Source of the DNA: a bacterium
GTDB taxonomy: Bacteria > UBA8248 > JACPRG01 > G963555815
Assembly: GCA_965218795.1 (NCBI GenBank)
Contig: OZ244653.1
Span: forward strand, 768,001-832,000
Direction: 5' to 3'
Length of the DNA: 64,000 nt
Shown: in pieces, positions 51,001 to 61,060 of the stretch
Numbering within the stretch: position 1 is the first letter of the stretch
Layout of the letters: each line of letters starts with the position of its first letter
Program-made: the position numbers and the translations under genes
Notes under the pieces: model-generated
Databases searched by the model: none
What the model was told of the DNA's origin: nothing
What the model saw: only the letters and a program-made list of their open reading frames with translations

Positions 51001-51157
51001 CGTAGAGGGTCTCGACGCGGATCGCCTTCCGGGAGAACTCAGGGAAGATCTCCCGATGCATGGCGCCGTAGGTCAACAGGCCCGCACCCACGACAAACAG
51101 TGTGAGCAGGTTGACGATGACACGGTTCCTGACTGAAAAAGCTGCGAGGGCTTTCAC
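48044..51157 (-). CDS. RND efflux permease (AcrB/AcrD/AcrF family)
   Basis: GASPEEVE, GLLVDDAIVV.EN, RLRPILLT; >1000 aa. Confidence 0.95.
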   Translation of the reverse strand: MKALAAFSVRNRVIVNLLTLFVVGAGLLTYGAMHREIFPEFSRKAIRVETLYAGASPEEVEKLITAKIEEEVAELGGLDELISVSHEGISEMMLRFQPDTDMSRALSDVRGALDNVTNLPDEAEQPLIQEVKYAWPVITVSLAGEIDEATLRRMARDLKEDFRRIPGVAAVRLLGDRERQIWVEVDPSRLEQYELTLDDIREAIAAQNRNVPGGSLKTGRGEILIRSLGEAAGAGDVRRIIVRSLQMGTPLTVGDLAEVRETFEEPVTLSRWGGEPSLNLVIVKERGGDAIHIAAAVREMVKDIRARFPETVRIGVYNDFSIFVRNRLNTLRTSGIIGLIIVFILLCIFLRFRVALLTGIGISVAMLGGIVLMQIWGISLNMLSMFGLILVLGLLVDDAIVVSENVYRHVEAGMSPKEAAIRGTTEVGWPVVATVVTTIVAFLPLLLVPGEMGTFLSPIPLVVSFALIASLFEALIVLPSHLGDVVTSSYATRVRSKENRFISWLRKGYGALLDLALRWRYVAGAAFLGVSVLLAAVAYYRMPFVVFREFESSLFFINLETSPSNRIEDTLEIAKQAEEVVFKLPPSELASVATNAGFTVLDVIRIERGPNLAQLLVELSEDRKRGVDEVIAQLREGIGKIPGILKLQFLKTQSGPGGPDIEVRIAGEQLSTLRGLADEVIEFLNATRGVRDVRDDFTEGKEELQITLRPEARALGLDLRQVARQVRNGFQGVEASKIQRRDEDVPIVVRFPEETRQQADALNNLKITLASGEQVFLRDVARLTTAIGTSKVRRHNQKRTITVYADVNSAEANAVQVSNSLRSRFGDVGRRLSGYRVLVKGERQEAEASLSAIPRISVIAILLIYFVLGSLFRSFIQPLVVMAAIPFALDGVVIGHLVMGEPMAFLSVIGLVALIGVVVNDSLIMVDFINRSRQGGIPRDRAILESGIARLRPILLTTATTVGGLTPLAFFATGQAKFLSPMAIAIVWGLSFATILTLILIPCLYAIVDDIVRAGRRMIGLSPQPTGMTESSETAGT

Positions 51158-51167
51158 GGAAGCTGCG

Positions 51168-52628
51168 TTACTCTCCGGGAGGCTTGTCTCCGTCCGATCG
51201 GCTTTGAATGACGCGGACTTTTGCACCCTCCTCCAGGAGATGCTGGCCCGACGTGACCAGGCGGTCACCCGCACGGAGGCCTTCCGCAATCAGCAGGCGG
51301 GAGCCGAACGCTCTGGAGATCCGGAGGGTTCTCCTGCGAGCCGTTCCGGACGAGGGGTCGACGACAAATACGAAGGGGTCTTTCCCCCGATGGCGCACGG
51401 CGGCGCGAGGCACCAGGATCGCCGATGGATAGGATTTGAAGGGAACCGTGACACGCGCGAACATCCCCGGGAGCAGACGTTCTACGCCCCGGTTGTCGAC
51501 CAGGACCTCTATTGGGAACGTGCGGGTGCGGGTATCGGCAAGGGGGCCGATGTAAGCCACGCGTCCCTGAAAGGGCTTCTCAAACCCTTCGACCCGAACC
51601 GTGGCGGGCAACCCGGAACGAATCAGCCCGATATCGGCCGCCGGCGCGCGGATCTGAACACGGACGACTTCGTGGTCCACGACACGGAACAGGACCGTAC
51701 CGGGTGAGACCACTTCGCCGACTGTCACCGATTTTTCGGAGATGACCCCTTTGAAGGGGGCCCGGAGCCGGGTGTCGCTGAGCGCTTGGCGCGCCCTGGA
51801 GAGCTCGGCCTCGGCGGCAGAGACGTTCGAGACACTGATGGCCGATTGGCCCTCCGCCTCCTCGAGCGCCTGTTCGGCTCGCTGGAGGTCCTCCTGTGTC
51901 CGGCGGACCAGAAGCTCGGAGCGTTCCATTTCCTGCTCGGGGGTCAGCTTGCTCTTGAACAACCCTTTCAGACGCGACCATTCGGCCCGGGCCAGCCGCA
52001 GTTTTTCCTGATTGATGCTGATGAGCGTTTTTTGACGCTTGGCGACGGCCTCGGCCCGGTTCTGTTCAGCCTTGGCGCGAGCGAGCAAGGCCAGACGATA
52101 GGCGACCTCGATGCGGAAAGGGGCGGGATCGATTTCAGCCAGCAGATCATTCCTTTGAAGGCGGGTCCCCAATTCAATCCCCTCCGGCACGCCCGAAACA
52201 GGACCCGATACCTTGGCGCTCAGGGCGGCCTCCTGAAAGGCCTTCACTGTACCCAGCGCAGGAAGCTGATGGACAAAGGGACGAGGCGTGACATGAACGG
52301 TCGTAACGGGAACGGCGGAGGGGACGGGGACAGGGGCGGGCGGTTCTTCAATGGCCTGAATCCAATAAATCCCTGCCAGCGTCACCGCTATGATGACGAG
52401 AACCATGAAAATGCTCAGGGTCCATCTCGCCGAATTCCTCCGGGACCGTTGCATGCGTGGACCCTTACCATCGCCGGATTGGGTGAGAATTTCTCCAATC
52501 GTTTCCGAATCAGTGGGTGGCGAAATTTCAGCATCCCCCAAGGCGCCCGGGCCAGCCCCTCCGTTGACCTCGGTCCCTGGCCGGGCGCGGGAGATTTCAA
52601 GCTCTTGACGTCTGGGGTCTTCTGCCAT
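51168..52628 (-). CDS. RND periplasmic adaptor (membrane fusion protein)
   Basis: One TM helix, long coiled coil, LRAPFKGVI, LLPGMF. Confidence 0.92.
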   Translation of the reverse strand: MAEDPRRQELEISRARPGTEVNGGAGPGALGDAEISPPTDSETIGEILTQSGDGKGPRMQRSRRNSARWTLSIFMVLVIIAVTLAGIYWIQAIEEPPAPVPVPSAVPVTTVHVTPRPFVHQLPALGTVKAFQEAALSAKVSGPVSGVPEGIELGTRLQRNDLLAEIDPAPFRIEVAYRLALLARAKAEQNRAEAVAKRQKTLISINQEKLRLARAEWSRLKGLFKSKLTPEQEMERSELLVRRTQEDLQRAEQALEEAEGQSAISVSNVSAAEAELSRARQALSDTRLRAPFKGVISEKSVTVGEVVSPGTVLFRVVDHEVVRVQIRAPAADIGLIRSGLPATVRVEGFEKPFQGRVAYIGPLADTRTRTFPIEVLVDNRGVERLLPGMFARVTVPFKSYPSAILVPRAAVRHRGKDPFVFVVDPSSGTARRRTLRISRAFGSRLLIAEGLRAGDRLVTSGQHLLEEGAKVRVIQSRSDGDKPPGE

Positions 52629-52896
52629 GTTCCATAACTATCGCCGATTTGAGCGAATCATGGATTGACAAGATTCCGTGTCTACGCCGCCTCAAGACGG
52701 AAAACGCCCTCTTCTGAAAAGTAGTCCGAATCGGTAGGCGCCGCAAGGCGAACGTGGAGATGGACAGTCAAGGTTCTCGTCTATGGTAGGATGATCCAAC
52801 AAGCCGTTTCCAATTGAGTCGAGAGACCGCTGGCACAGCACACCTCGCCATCACGGCGGTCCCGGTTTTGTTTGATCTCGAATTCACGGGTTTTCC

Positions 52897-53823
52897 ATGG
52901 TTTCCATCTCGACTGCGTATTGGCCCTCGGAGGGGGAGGGCGACAAAATACTCGATGAGGCCGACCGCCTGGGTTTTGGATCGCTCGAGTTGTCCAGCTA
53001 CACGGGGCGAAAACCGCTGGAAGAGATGCTTCCGGCCCTGCGGCGGAAGCGTCTTCAGGTCGTCAGCCTGCACAATCCGTGCCCCAAATATGAGCCGCGG
53101 CTGTTTCCGTGGGAGGTCGCTCGGCCCGAGCCTTTGCTGACGGCCTCCGATCGGGAAGAGCGCGAAGCCGCTTTGGACCTGGCCGAGAAGACCCTGGAAC
53201 TGGCAGCCGACCTGGAGGCCCGGGCCCTCGTCCTTCACCTGGGGCAAACGGACATCCCTCCGCAAGAGGAATGGTTACGGGAGTTCCATGATCGGGAACG
53301 GACGGAAACGGACGAGGGCCGCGAGCGTATTACCGCAATGCTGGACGAGCGCGCGAAGGCGGGAGAGGCCGTGTGGGATGCCCTGCGATTCAGTCTCGAG
53401 GAGCTGACCCGCAAAGGGGAACGCCTCGATTTGTTTCTGGGTGTGGAGAACCGCATCTATATTCACGAAGTGCCCACGTATGATGAAATTGAAAATATCC
53501 TGGCCGCTTTCGCTGGAGGCAACTTTCGATACTGGCATGACGTAGGTCATGCCACGGTTCATCAAAACCTTGGGCTTGCGGACATCGATGGAGTACTGGA
53601 TCGCCTGAGCGAACATCTCATCGGCCTTCACATCCACGATGCGAAGGGTTACGACGATCACCTCGCTCCGGGCCAGGGGGATGCCGACTTCGCCTCGCTT
53701 CCGTCTTATTTGAATTCAGAAACCATACGGGTCATCGAGACCCATCCGCAGGCAAGCGAGGAGGCGCTTCTGGAGGGGGTGGCGATGCTGAAAAACCTCG
53801 GAATCATAGGACCGACAGGATGA
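52897..53823 (+). CDS. sugar phosphate isomerase/epimerase (AP endonuclease 2 TIM barrel)
   Basis: SLHNPCP, GVENR, WHDVGH, HIHD...DDHLAPG. Confidence 0.85.
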   Translation: MVSISTAYWPSEGEGDKILDEADRLGFGSLELSSYTGRKPLEEMLPALRRKRLQVVSLHNPCPKYEPRLFPWEVARPEPLLTASDREEREAALDLAEKTLELAADLEARALVLHLGQTDIPPQEEWLREFHDRERTETDEGRERITAMLDERAKAGEAVWDALRFSLEELTRKGERLDLFLGVENRIYIHEVPTYDEIENILAAFAGGNFRYWHDVGHATVHQNLGLADIDGVLDRLSEHLIGLHIHDAKGYDDHLAPGQGDADFASLPSYLNSETIRVIETHPQASEEALLEGVAMLKNLGIIGPTG

Positions 53824-53927
53824 TTTCCACCGGGTCGTGGGAGGCGGGAGCGTCCGGCTTGGAACCAGGCGCCCCGCCATCGCCGGAGGAAGGCTTCTCA
53901 GTATGACGTTTCGCCGGAGAAGGGGCC

Positions 53928-54704
53928 ATGCCAGCTGAGTTCGAAAACATTCTTTATGAAGAGGGCGCCGGGCGCGTCACGATCACTATCAATCGTCCCC
54001 CCCTGAACCTGATCGATCTGGAAACCCTCGAGGAGATGCAGCAGGCCCTCCGCCAAGCCCGATCGGTTTCCGGACTCAAGGCCCTGGTGCTGACAGGAAG
54101 CGGCGACCAGGCCTTCTCGGCCGGCATTACGATCGAAAGCTTTACGCGCGAACGGATCCGGCGCTTCATGGAGATTGCCCGCAGCACCATCGGGATCATG
54201 GAGGAATTGGATATCGTGACCATTGCCGCTATCCGCGGAATGGCCCTGGGGGGAGGATGCGAACTGGCCTGCTGTTGCGACATCATTCTGGCGGACGATA
54301 CGGCCCAATTTGGGTTCCCTGAGGTCAAGGCGGGCCTGTTTCCGCCCGTGGGCGTAGTCGTTCTTCCGCGGTTGGCGGGGATGAAGAAGGCGATGGAGAT
54401 GATCCTGACCGGTGAAGCGCTGAGCGCCCATGAAGCGAAAGAGGCTGGAATCGTCAATTCCGTTTTTCCCCGGGAGGAATTCGATCAAGCGGTCACCCGT
54501 TTTGTCGGGCGTATCAATCGGTCCAGTGCGGCCGTGATGCGAATCACGCGCAGGGCGCTTTACGCTTCCGTCGATACCAATCTAAGGACCGCGCTCGAAC
54601 GAAGTGGATTCCTCTATCTCAACGACTTGATGAACACTGAGGATGCCCACGAAGGCCTGGCTGCGTTTCAGGAGCACCGAAGGCCCCGTTGGAAGAATCG
54701 CTAG
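53928..54704 (+). CDS. enoyl-CoA hydratase/isomerase family protein
   Basis: INRPPLN, AFSAG, ALGGGCEL, FGFPEV. Confidence 0.92.
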   Translation: MPAEFENILYEEGAGRVTITINRPPLNLIDLETLEEMQQALRQARSVSGLKALVLTGSGDQAFSAGITIESFTRERIRRFMEIARSTIGIMEELDIVTIAAIRGMALGGGCELACCCDIILADDTAQFGFPEVKAGLFPPVGVVVLPRLAGMKKAMEMILTGEALSAHEAKEAGIVNSVFPREEFDQAVTRFVGRINRSSAAVMRITRRALYASVDTNLRTALERSGFLYLNDLMNTEDAHEGLAAFQEHRRPRWKNR

Positions 54705-54882
54705 GCCCCGCAGGCCGGACTCGGGACTGCCAACCCCTTCCGGCGGTTTCCCCCCACGTCCGTTTGCGTACGTTCCTTTTTGGTTGCGTTGGCGGTTCCT
54801 GCCGGATGCGGGGACGCGCGCCGCTGAAAAACCTCGTGCTAAGGTACCGTCGTTTTGTCGGGCAAATCGCCGGGTGGATGGA

Positions 54883-55953
54883 ATGAAAGATCTCGTACCA
54901 CGGATTCAGCGGGGCGACATCGGGGCGGCGTCGCGGCTGATCTCTCTCGTCGAGGACCGCCGGCTCGAAGGCCGCGAAGCCATGAAGACCGTATTCAAGC
55001 TGACGGGAGGGGCCATGGTGATCGGGATCACCGGCCCCCCGGGCGCGGGCAAGAGCACGCTGGTGGACCGTCTCACGCGGCTCTACCGAGAACAAAAGAA
55101 AACCGTCGGAATCCTCGCCATCGATCCCACCAGCCCGTTTAGCGGAGGAGCCTTTCTGGGCGATCGAGTCCGTATGGGACGCCATGGAACGGACGAAGGC
55201 GTGTTCATCCGATCCATGGCCTCGCGCGGAACGCATGGGGGGGTCGCCCGCACGACAGCCGACGCGGTGTATGTCCTGGATGCATTGGGGCGGGACGTGA
55301 TTCTGATCGAGACCCTCGGCGTGGGGCAGGATGAAGTCGCTGTAGCATCCATGTCGGATCTCATCCTGATTGTCCTCCAACCCGCGACCGGGGACGAAGT
55401 CCAGATGTTGAAGGCGGGCATGATGGAAGCGGGCAATGTCTATGTGGTGAACAAGGCCGATCTCCCGGGAGCCGGTGAAACCGCCAGGCACATCCGGGAG
55501 ATGCTGCTTCGTTCCGAATCCACTGCGGCCTCGGCGTCGATCCGGGGAAAAGAGCGCCAGGTTTTCCTGACCATCGCCAATACGGGGCTGGGGGTTCAGT
55601 TGTTGCATCAGGCGATCGAAGACGGCTTGGCGGCGCTCAAGGAGCAGCCCGATGCCCTGGCGAACCGGCGTAGAGTCAGGCTCACGGAAAATCTTCGCTC
55701 CCTGCTTCAGGAAGAAGCCGGCGACAGAATGTGGAATCGTCTTCGGGAGTCAGCCGAATTCGATGCCTGGGTCGACGGCCTGATGGGCAGGACGATGGAT
55801 CCTTATACGCTTATCGATCGGGCTCTCAAGGCACTCGACGGCTCGCCCCCCTTTCCCGGTTCCCCTCCGCGATCACAGAATGTTTCGGATGATCCCGTTG
55901 CGAAACCCCGAGCCGCCAAATCGGCTCAGGCGTCTCTCAGGCGCGATCGCTGA
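54883..55953 (+). CDS. meaB: methylmalonyl-CoA mutase-associated GTPase
   Basis: GITGPPGAGKST, DPTSPFSGGAFLGDRVRM, ETLGVGQ, VNKAD. Confidence 0.93.
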   Translation: MKDLVPRIQRGDIGAASRLISLVEDRRLEGREAMKTVFKLTGGAMVIGITGPPGAGKSTLVDRLTRLYREQKKTVGILAIDPTSPFSGGAFLGDRVRMGRHGTDEGVFIRSMASRGTHGGVARTTADAVYVLDALGRDVILIETLGVGQDEVAVASMSDLILIVLQPATGDEVQMLKAGMMEAGNVYVVNKADLPGAGETARHIREMLLRSESTAASASIRGKERQVFLTIANTGLGVQLLHQAIEDGLAALKEQPDALANRRRVRLTENLRSLLQEEAGDRMWNRLRESAEFDAWVDGLMGRTMDPYTLIDRALKALDGSPPFPGSPPRSQNVSDDPVAKPRAAKSAQASLRRDR

Positions 55954-56059
55954 TAGTGACTCTTCTTGTTTCAGCCTGATTCACGAGGGCCGGACGATCA
56001 CGGGCATCCTCAAAATTAAGGAAGGTTGGCGGGCCGATGCAGGGAGATAACCAGCCCAA

Positions 56060-57277
56060 ATGACCTCGACTTCCCAGGAAGCCGCGCGCCTGGCGGACAC
56101 CCTGCGGCGTGAATCCAAGTCCCTCGGGTTCGACGCCCTGGCGATCACCGATGCCGGCCGGCTGGCTCGGGAGGACTTCTTCGATCGCTGGCTGAGCCGG
56201 GGGTTCGGCGGAAAGATGTCCTATCTTTATCGAAATCGGGACCCCCGGATCGATCCGCGCCGCGCGTGGCCGGAAGTGAAATCCGTTGTGACGCTCGCAA
56301 TGAGCTACCATACGGGCATCGGGCCTGTTGCGGAAAAAAGCCGTAAAGGTAAAAATGGACGCCCTATCGGGGCCGTTTCCCGGTATGCCTGGGGCCGGGA
56401 TTACCACAAGGTCATCCGGAAGCGTCTCATCAAGCTCGCTCGGACCGTCGAAGAATCGGGTCTGGGCCGCGCCGTCAAGTGTTACGTGGACACGGGACCG
56501 GTGATCGAGCGGGAATGGGCTGCCCGATCTGGACTGGGGTGGATCGGCAAGAATACGCTGGTTCTCAATTCGGAATTGGGCTCCTGGTTCTTTCTCGGAA
56601 TTCTGCTCCTGAACGTCGAGCTTCCCCCGGATAGTCCGCAGTCGGACCTCTGCGGCACGTGCACCCGCTGTATTCAGGCGTGTCCGACCGGCGCCCTCAC
56701 CCAGCCTTATGTCATGGACTCGAGCCGGTGCATCTCATACCTGAACATTGAGCTGCGGGGATGGATTCCCCGCGAATTGCGGGCCCTGATGGGCAGCTGG
56801 GTATTCGGGTGTGACGACTGCCAGACCGTATGCCCGTACAATGGCGATCCTCCGGTCTCGGGCAATCGGGATTTTTACCACCGGGAAAGGCTGGACGCGC
56901 CGGACTTGATCGAACTCCTTGAAATGGATGAGGGGTCATTTCAAGACCGTTTTCAGGGTTCTCCCCTCAAGCGCGCCCGGTGGGTTGGGATCGTTCGGAA
57001 CGCGGCGGTCGCTCTGGGCAACTCGGGGGAGGGGAGCGCCATTGCGCCGCTTGGCCGGGCGCTGGATCATGTGGAGCCGATCATCCGCGGGCATTCGGCC
57101 TGGGCGCTCGGGAGACTGGGCGGTCCAACGGCCAAGAAGTTTTTGAAAGAACGATTGGCCGCGGAATCCGATGCCGAGGTCAGGGTGGAAATCAAGGCCG
57201 CTCTCGACGATTGGGGAAAGCGAGGTCGGACTGCCGGAAGGAGCGCCGTCGTCCGAGTTTCTCCAGAGGAAACGTAA
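56060..57277 (+). CDS. queG: tRNA epoxyqueuosine reductase
   Basis: SRYAWGRDYH, VDTGPV, CGTCTRCIQACPT, CISY, GCDDCQTVCP, C-terminal HEAT repeat. Confidence 0.96.
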   Translation: MTSTSQEAARLADTLRRESKSLGFDALAITDAGRLAREDFFDRWLSRGFGGKMSYLYRNRDPRIDPRRAWPEVKSVVTLAMSYHTGIGPVAEKSRKGKNGRPIGAVSRYAWGRDYHKVIRKRLIKLARTVEESGLGRAVKCYVDTGPVIEREWAARSGLGWIGKNTLVLNSELGSWFFLGILLLNVELPPDSPQSDLCGTCTRCIQACPTGALTQPYVMDSSRCISYLNIELRGWIPRELRALMGSWVFGCDDCQTVCPYNGDPPVSGNRDFYHRERLDAPDLIELLEMDEGSFQDRFQGSPLKRARWVGIVRNAAVALGNSGEGSAIAPLGRALDHVEPIIRGHSAWALGRLGGPTAKKFLKERLAAESDAEVRVEIKAALDDWGKRGRTAGRSAVVRVSPEET

Positions 57278-57353
57278 CATATTCAATCTAAACGTAATTT
57301 ATTCAATATATTAACATGATTATATGAATGTATCAGTTTAGGAGACGAAAGTC

Positions 57354-58067
57354 ATGAATGCGTTGTCTGACACCAAGGAAAAGCTGATTCTGGCTCACAG
57401 GATCCTATCAGCCTACGGCGCTTTCGAGCTCAATCTCGGGCACGTCAGCGTACGGCTTCCGGAATCGGATCGATACATGATCATCGGTCACATTCACCAC
57501 CTCGGGAAGACCTTCGATGACCTCGAACCGGAGCACCTGACCATCATGGACGGCGAAGGTGAAGTGGTGGAAGGGGAGCTCAAGCCCCCCGGAGAGCGCT
57601 TCATTCATACGGAAATCTACAAAATGCGTCCGGACGTGCAGTCCATTGCCCATGCGCACCCGCACACCTCGGTCGCATTCAGTGTCTCGGGGACGGACAT
57701 CCTGCCGATTGGCCATCGGGGCACCATCTTCGCGCCCAAGGTCCGCATGCTGGACAACCCCGGACAGATCGACAGTCCGGAGTTGGGGCAGGAAGTGGCG
57801 GAGGCAATAGGGGGGGCGCCCGCCGTCATTCTGGCCGGACACGGTGTGGTTTGCGTGGGTGGCTCCATTGAGGAATCGGTCACCGTGATGATCGCCCTGG
57901 AAGACACGGCCAAGCTCCAGCTTACGGCCAGCCAGGTGGGGACGCCGCTGCCGATCGGGGACGAGCAGCTGGAAGATGGAATGACCCACGGGATTGAGTT
58001 CAGCGAGTTTATCGAGTGCACGTGGGCGGCCTATACTGCACGTGTTCGCCGAGCGGGCAAATCCTGA
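57354..58067 (+). CDS. class II aldolase/adducin family protein
   Basis: GHVSVR, ERFIHTEIY, HAHP, LAGHG. Confidence 0.9.
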   Translation: MNALSDTKEKLILAHRILSAYGAFELNLGHVSVRLPESDRYMIIGHIHHLGKTFDDLEPEHLTIMDGEGEVVEGELKPPGERFIHTEIYKMRPDVQSIAHAHPHTSVAFSVSGTDILPIGHRGTIFAPKVRMLDNPGQIDSPELGQEVAEAIGGAPAVILAGHGVVCVGGSIEESVTVMIALEDTAKLQLTASQVGTPLPIGDEQLEDGMTHGIEFSEFIECTWAAYTARVRRAGKS

Positions 58068-58175
58068 TCATTGCAGCCGCGATGATGATCCATTGATCCA
58101 AACTGCCCCGTTGCGACGTCAATTGGACTGCGCAGGAATGATAGGGACACGCTCCCTCTCAGGAGGATTTGACCC

Positions 58176-59198
58176 ATGCGAGCCATGGTTCTGCATGAAT
58201 TCAACGGTCCGTTAACGGAGGAAACCGTCCCCGATCCGAAACCAGGCCGCGGCGAGGCCGTCATCCGCGTACGCGGATGCGCCGTCGATCAGTTCGACCT
58301 GACGATTCGAAAGGGAGAGGTCGAAGGGACAAAACTGCCCCTCATCCTGGGACACGAAATCGCGGGAGAGGTCACGGAACTGGGGGAGGGGGTGGATGAC
58401 CTGACGGCCGGAGACCGGGTGGCTTCTACGCTCTATGTAACGTGCGGCCGGTGCCGGCCGTGCCGGACTGGGGCCGAGACCGTTTGCGAAAATTTCCTGG
58501 GGTACATCGGGGCGCAGTTCGACGGCGGCTACGCCGATCTCATGAAGGTGCCCGCGGGCAACCTGGTCCGGATAGGGGATACGATCTCGTATGAGGAGGG
58601 TTCGGTCCTGGCCAACGCCATCGGTACGCCTTATCACGGAATCGTCAGGCGGGCCCAGGTCCGGCCGGGCGAAACCGTCCTCATCACGGGCGCGGGCGGC
58701 GGGGTCGGTCTCCACGCAGTCCAGTTGGCCTCGCTCGCCGGCGGGCGCGTCATGGGGGCGGATATCAGCGACGACAAATGCCGGGGAATCCTGGAGATGG
58801 GCGCGGAGCGGGCGGTGGATCCAACCCGGGATTCGCTGGTGGAGACCGCCATGGACTGGACGGACGGCCACGGCGTAGACGTTGTCATCGAGTTGGTGGG
58901 AACGGCGACGATCGGCGAAACGATCCGCTGTCTGGCGATTCGGGGACGAATGGCCATCATCGGGTCGCATACGGGCCGAACGATGAAGACCGATCCGCTT
59001 TACCTCATGCGCAGGGAGTTGACCGTCATGGGCTCCCGGAACTGCTCCAAGCAGGATTTAAGGGAGGTCGTCGCCCTGGTGGAAGAGAAGAAGATCAAGG
59101 CGATTTTCTCGAAGACCTATCCATTGCAGCAGGCCGAGGCGGTTCTGGAGCGAATGGCTAAAGGAGAATATGTGGGCCGGCCCGTGTTGATTCCGTAG
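58176..59198 (+). CDS. zinc-binding alcohol dehydrogenase family protein
   Basis: GHEIAG, CGRCRPC...C, GAGGGVG. Confidence 0.92.
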   Translation: MRAMVLHEFNGPLTEETVPDPKPGRGEAVIRVRGCAVDQFDLTIRKGEVEGTKLPLILGHEIAGEVTELGEGVDDLTAGDRVASTLYVTCGRCRPCRTGAETVCENFLGYIGAQFDGGYADLMKVPAGNLVRIGDTISYEEGSVLANAIGTPYHGIVRRAQVRPGETVLITGAGGGVGLHAVQLASLAGGRVMGADISDDKCRGILEMGAERAVDPTRDSLVETAMDWTDGHGVDVVIELVGTATIGETIRCLAIRGRMAIIGSHTGRTMKTDPLYLMRRELTVMGSRNCSKQDLREVVALVEEKKIKAIFSKTYPLQQAEAVLERMAKGEYVGRPVLIP

Positions 59199-59323
59199 CG
59201 GAGGTCGTGACTTGCCCGGAGGCGATGGTGGCCCGCAAGGCGTTCGGGCGGGCCGCTTACTGGATCTGCGCTCTTCAATAGGTGAGGATTCGGTTTTGGG
59301 GGTTCAGGAAGTCCCGGTGGTGT

Positions 59324-59348
59324 GGATTCCTGCTTGTGCAGGAATGAC
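59324..59348. repeat. solitary palindromic repeat GGATTCCTGCTTGTGCAGGAATGAC
   Basis: ATTCCTGC/GCAGGAAT hairpin ending in TGAC, between convergent genes. Confidence 0.55.
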
Positions 59349-59581
59349 AAACTGGGGGCATGGCCTATGGCGGAATGCAAGCCGGGGACCTGGAAGAGAA
59401 AAACGAGTAGGGGCGAGGAAAAGGAGGGATGGAAGGAGCAGGATCTATCGCATTCAGGACTGCGAAACAAACCACGGTTCTTTCTCTGTTTTGATTTCGG
59501 AGATCCGCCGCCGAGCGTGCTTGGCTGTCGGGAAAGGCAAGAGAACCCGCACGGTCGAAAAGCGGAGAGCGGGGGCAAGGG

Positions 59582-60790
59582 TCAACCCTCGTTCAACAAC
59601 GACTCAACCGACCGTGTGAGCATCTCGATCCCGATTCCCATCGCGCCCTCGTCAAAGTCGAAGCGGGAGTTGTGGTGGGGATGGTTCAAGCCTTTTTCCT
59701 CATTGGCCGACCCGATGAAAAAGAAGCAGCCCGGGACCTTTCGGAGGAAGAAGGACATGTCCTCACCTCCCAGCGTGGTCTGGTGGCGGATGACCTCCCC
59801 GGGACCCACCAGCTCCTGGGCCAATCCCTCGATTCGGCCCACGACCCCCGGGTCGTTGCGCGTCACCGGGTACATCTTGCAATAGTCCACCTCGGCGGTG
59901 GCGCCGAATCCCGCGGCCACGCCTTCGGCCATTCGCTGAATCCGTCCCGGCATCACCTCCCACAATTCATCCGAAAGCGTGCGGACCGTCCCGAGCAGCT
60001 TGACTTCGTCGGGGATGACATTGAACGTGCTCCCCCCGTGAATCGAGCCGATCGTCAGAATGGCCGGATCGAGCGGATTTCGCTCCCGGCTCATCAGGGT
60101 CTGGAGCGCTGAGATCAGCTGAGCCGAGACGACTATGGGATCAACGCCGTCATGGGGCTTGGCCGCATGGGACCCTTTGCCGCGAACGGTGATTTCCAGA
60201 CGGTCCATGCTCGCCATGATCGGACCCGACTGGATTCCTATCTGCCCCACCGGCAGGTCATTCCACAGGTGGATGCCCACGGCGAGGTCGACGTCCGGGT
60301 CCTTGAGCGCTCCGGCTTCGATCATGGGCTGGGCCCCTCCGGGCCCCTCCTCGGCGGGCTGAAAGATGAACTTCACGTTGCCGTGCAGGCGGTCCCGGCG
60401 GTCGTTCAGGACCCGGGCCGCCATCAGCGCCATGGCCGTATGTCCGTCGTGACCGCAGGCGTGCATGACGCCGTCGTTTTGGGACCGATAAGGAACATCG
60501 CCTGCCTCCTGGATTGGGAGGGCGTCCATATCGGCGCGGACCATGACGGTCTTGCCCGAATGGCCGCCCCGCAGCAGGCCGACCACGCCTGTCTTGGCCA
60601 CGCCGCCGGTCGTCTTCAACCCAAGGGCCTTCAATCTGTCGGCTACGACGGAAGCCGTCCGATCCTCCTGGAAACCCAGCTCCGGCCGGGCGTGCAGGTC
60701 CCGGCGGATTTCAACGGCCTCTTCATACGCGGCGGCCACATCTTCGGAAAGGTCCGGAATGTTCGGGGGTTTGGATGGCTGTGCTGTCAT
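59582..60790 (-). CDS. M20 family amidohydrolase
   Basis: HARPELGFQE, RADMDALP, MHACGHDGH, FQPAEE, GGEDM, HHNSRF. Confidence 0.94.
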   Translation of the reverse strand: MTAQPSKPPNIPDLSEDVAAAYEEAVEIRRDLHARPELGFQEDRTASVVADRLKALGLKTTGGVAKTGVVGLLRGGHSGKTVMVRADMDALPIQEAGDVPYRSQNDGVMHACGHDGHTAMALMAARVLNDRRDRLHGNVKFIFQPAEEGPGGAQPMIEAGALKDPDVDLAVGIHLWNDLPVGQIGIQSGPIMASMDRLEITVRGKGSHAAKPHDGVDPIVVSAQLISALQTLMSRERNPLDPAILTIGSIHGGSTFNVIPDEVKLLGTVRTLSDELWEVMPGRIQRMAEGVAAGFGATAEVDYCKMYPVTRNDPGVVGRIEGLAQELVGPGEVIRHQTTLGGEDMSFFLRKVPGCFFFIGSANEEKGLNHPHHNSRFDFDEGAMGIGIEMLTRSVESLLNEG

Positions 60791-61060
60791 GAATCCTCCT
60801 TCAGGGCTCGCAGGCGGACGAACTCCTTCCACATTAGATTATCACATCCTTCCCCGTCCACCCCGTCCCGTATCGATGAGTCGGGGTTCCTCCATGCACG
60901 CATGGAGAAGCACGGCGTTGAATTACCGCCGCAAGCCGGATATCATCTGCCTTCGTGCGGGTATGTTTTCAGCGAACGGGTTAAAGCGGGGCGCGGGGAG
61001 AGCAGGTCTCTCCCCCGATGCCCCCGGCGTCATCAAACCATAGAAGAGGAGAATGAGAGT

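Noticed and set aside
60152-61060. N-terminal extension of the cyclase ORF
   Set aside because: Antisense shadow of the amidohydrolase; RBS and ATG are at 61061.
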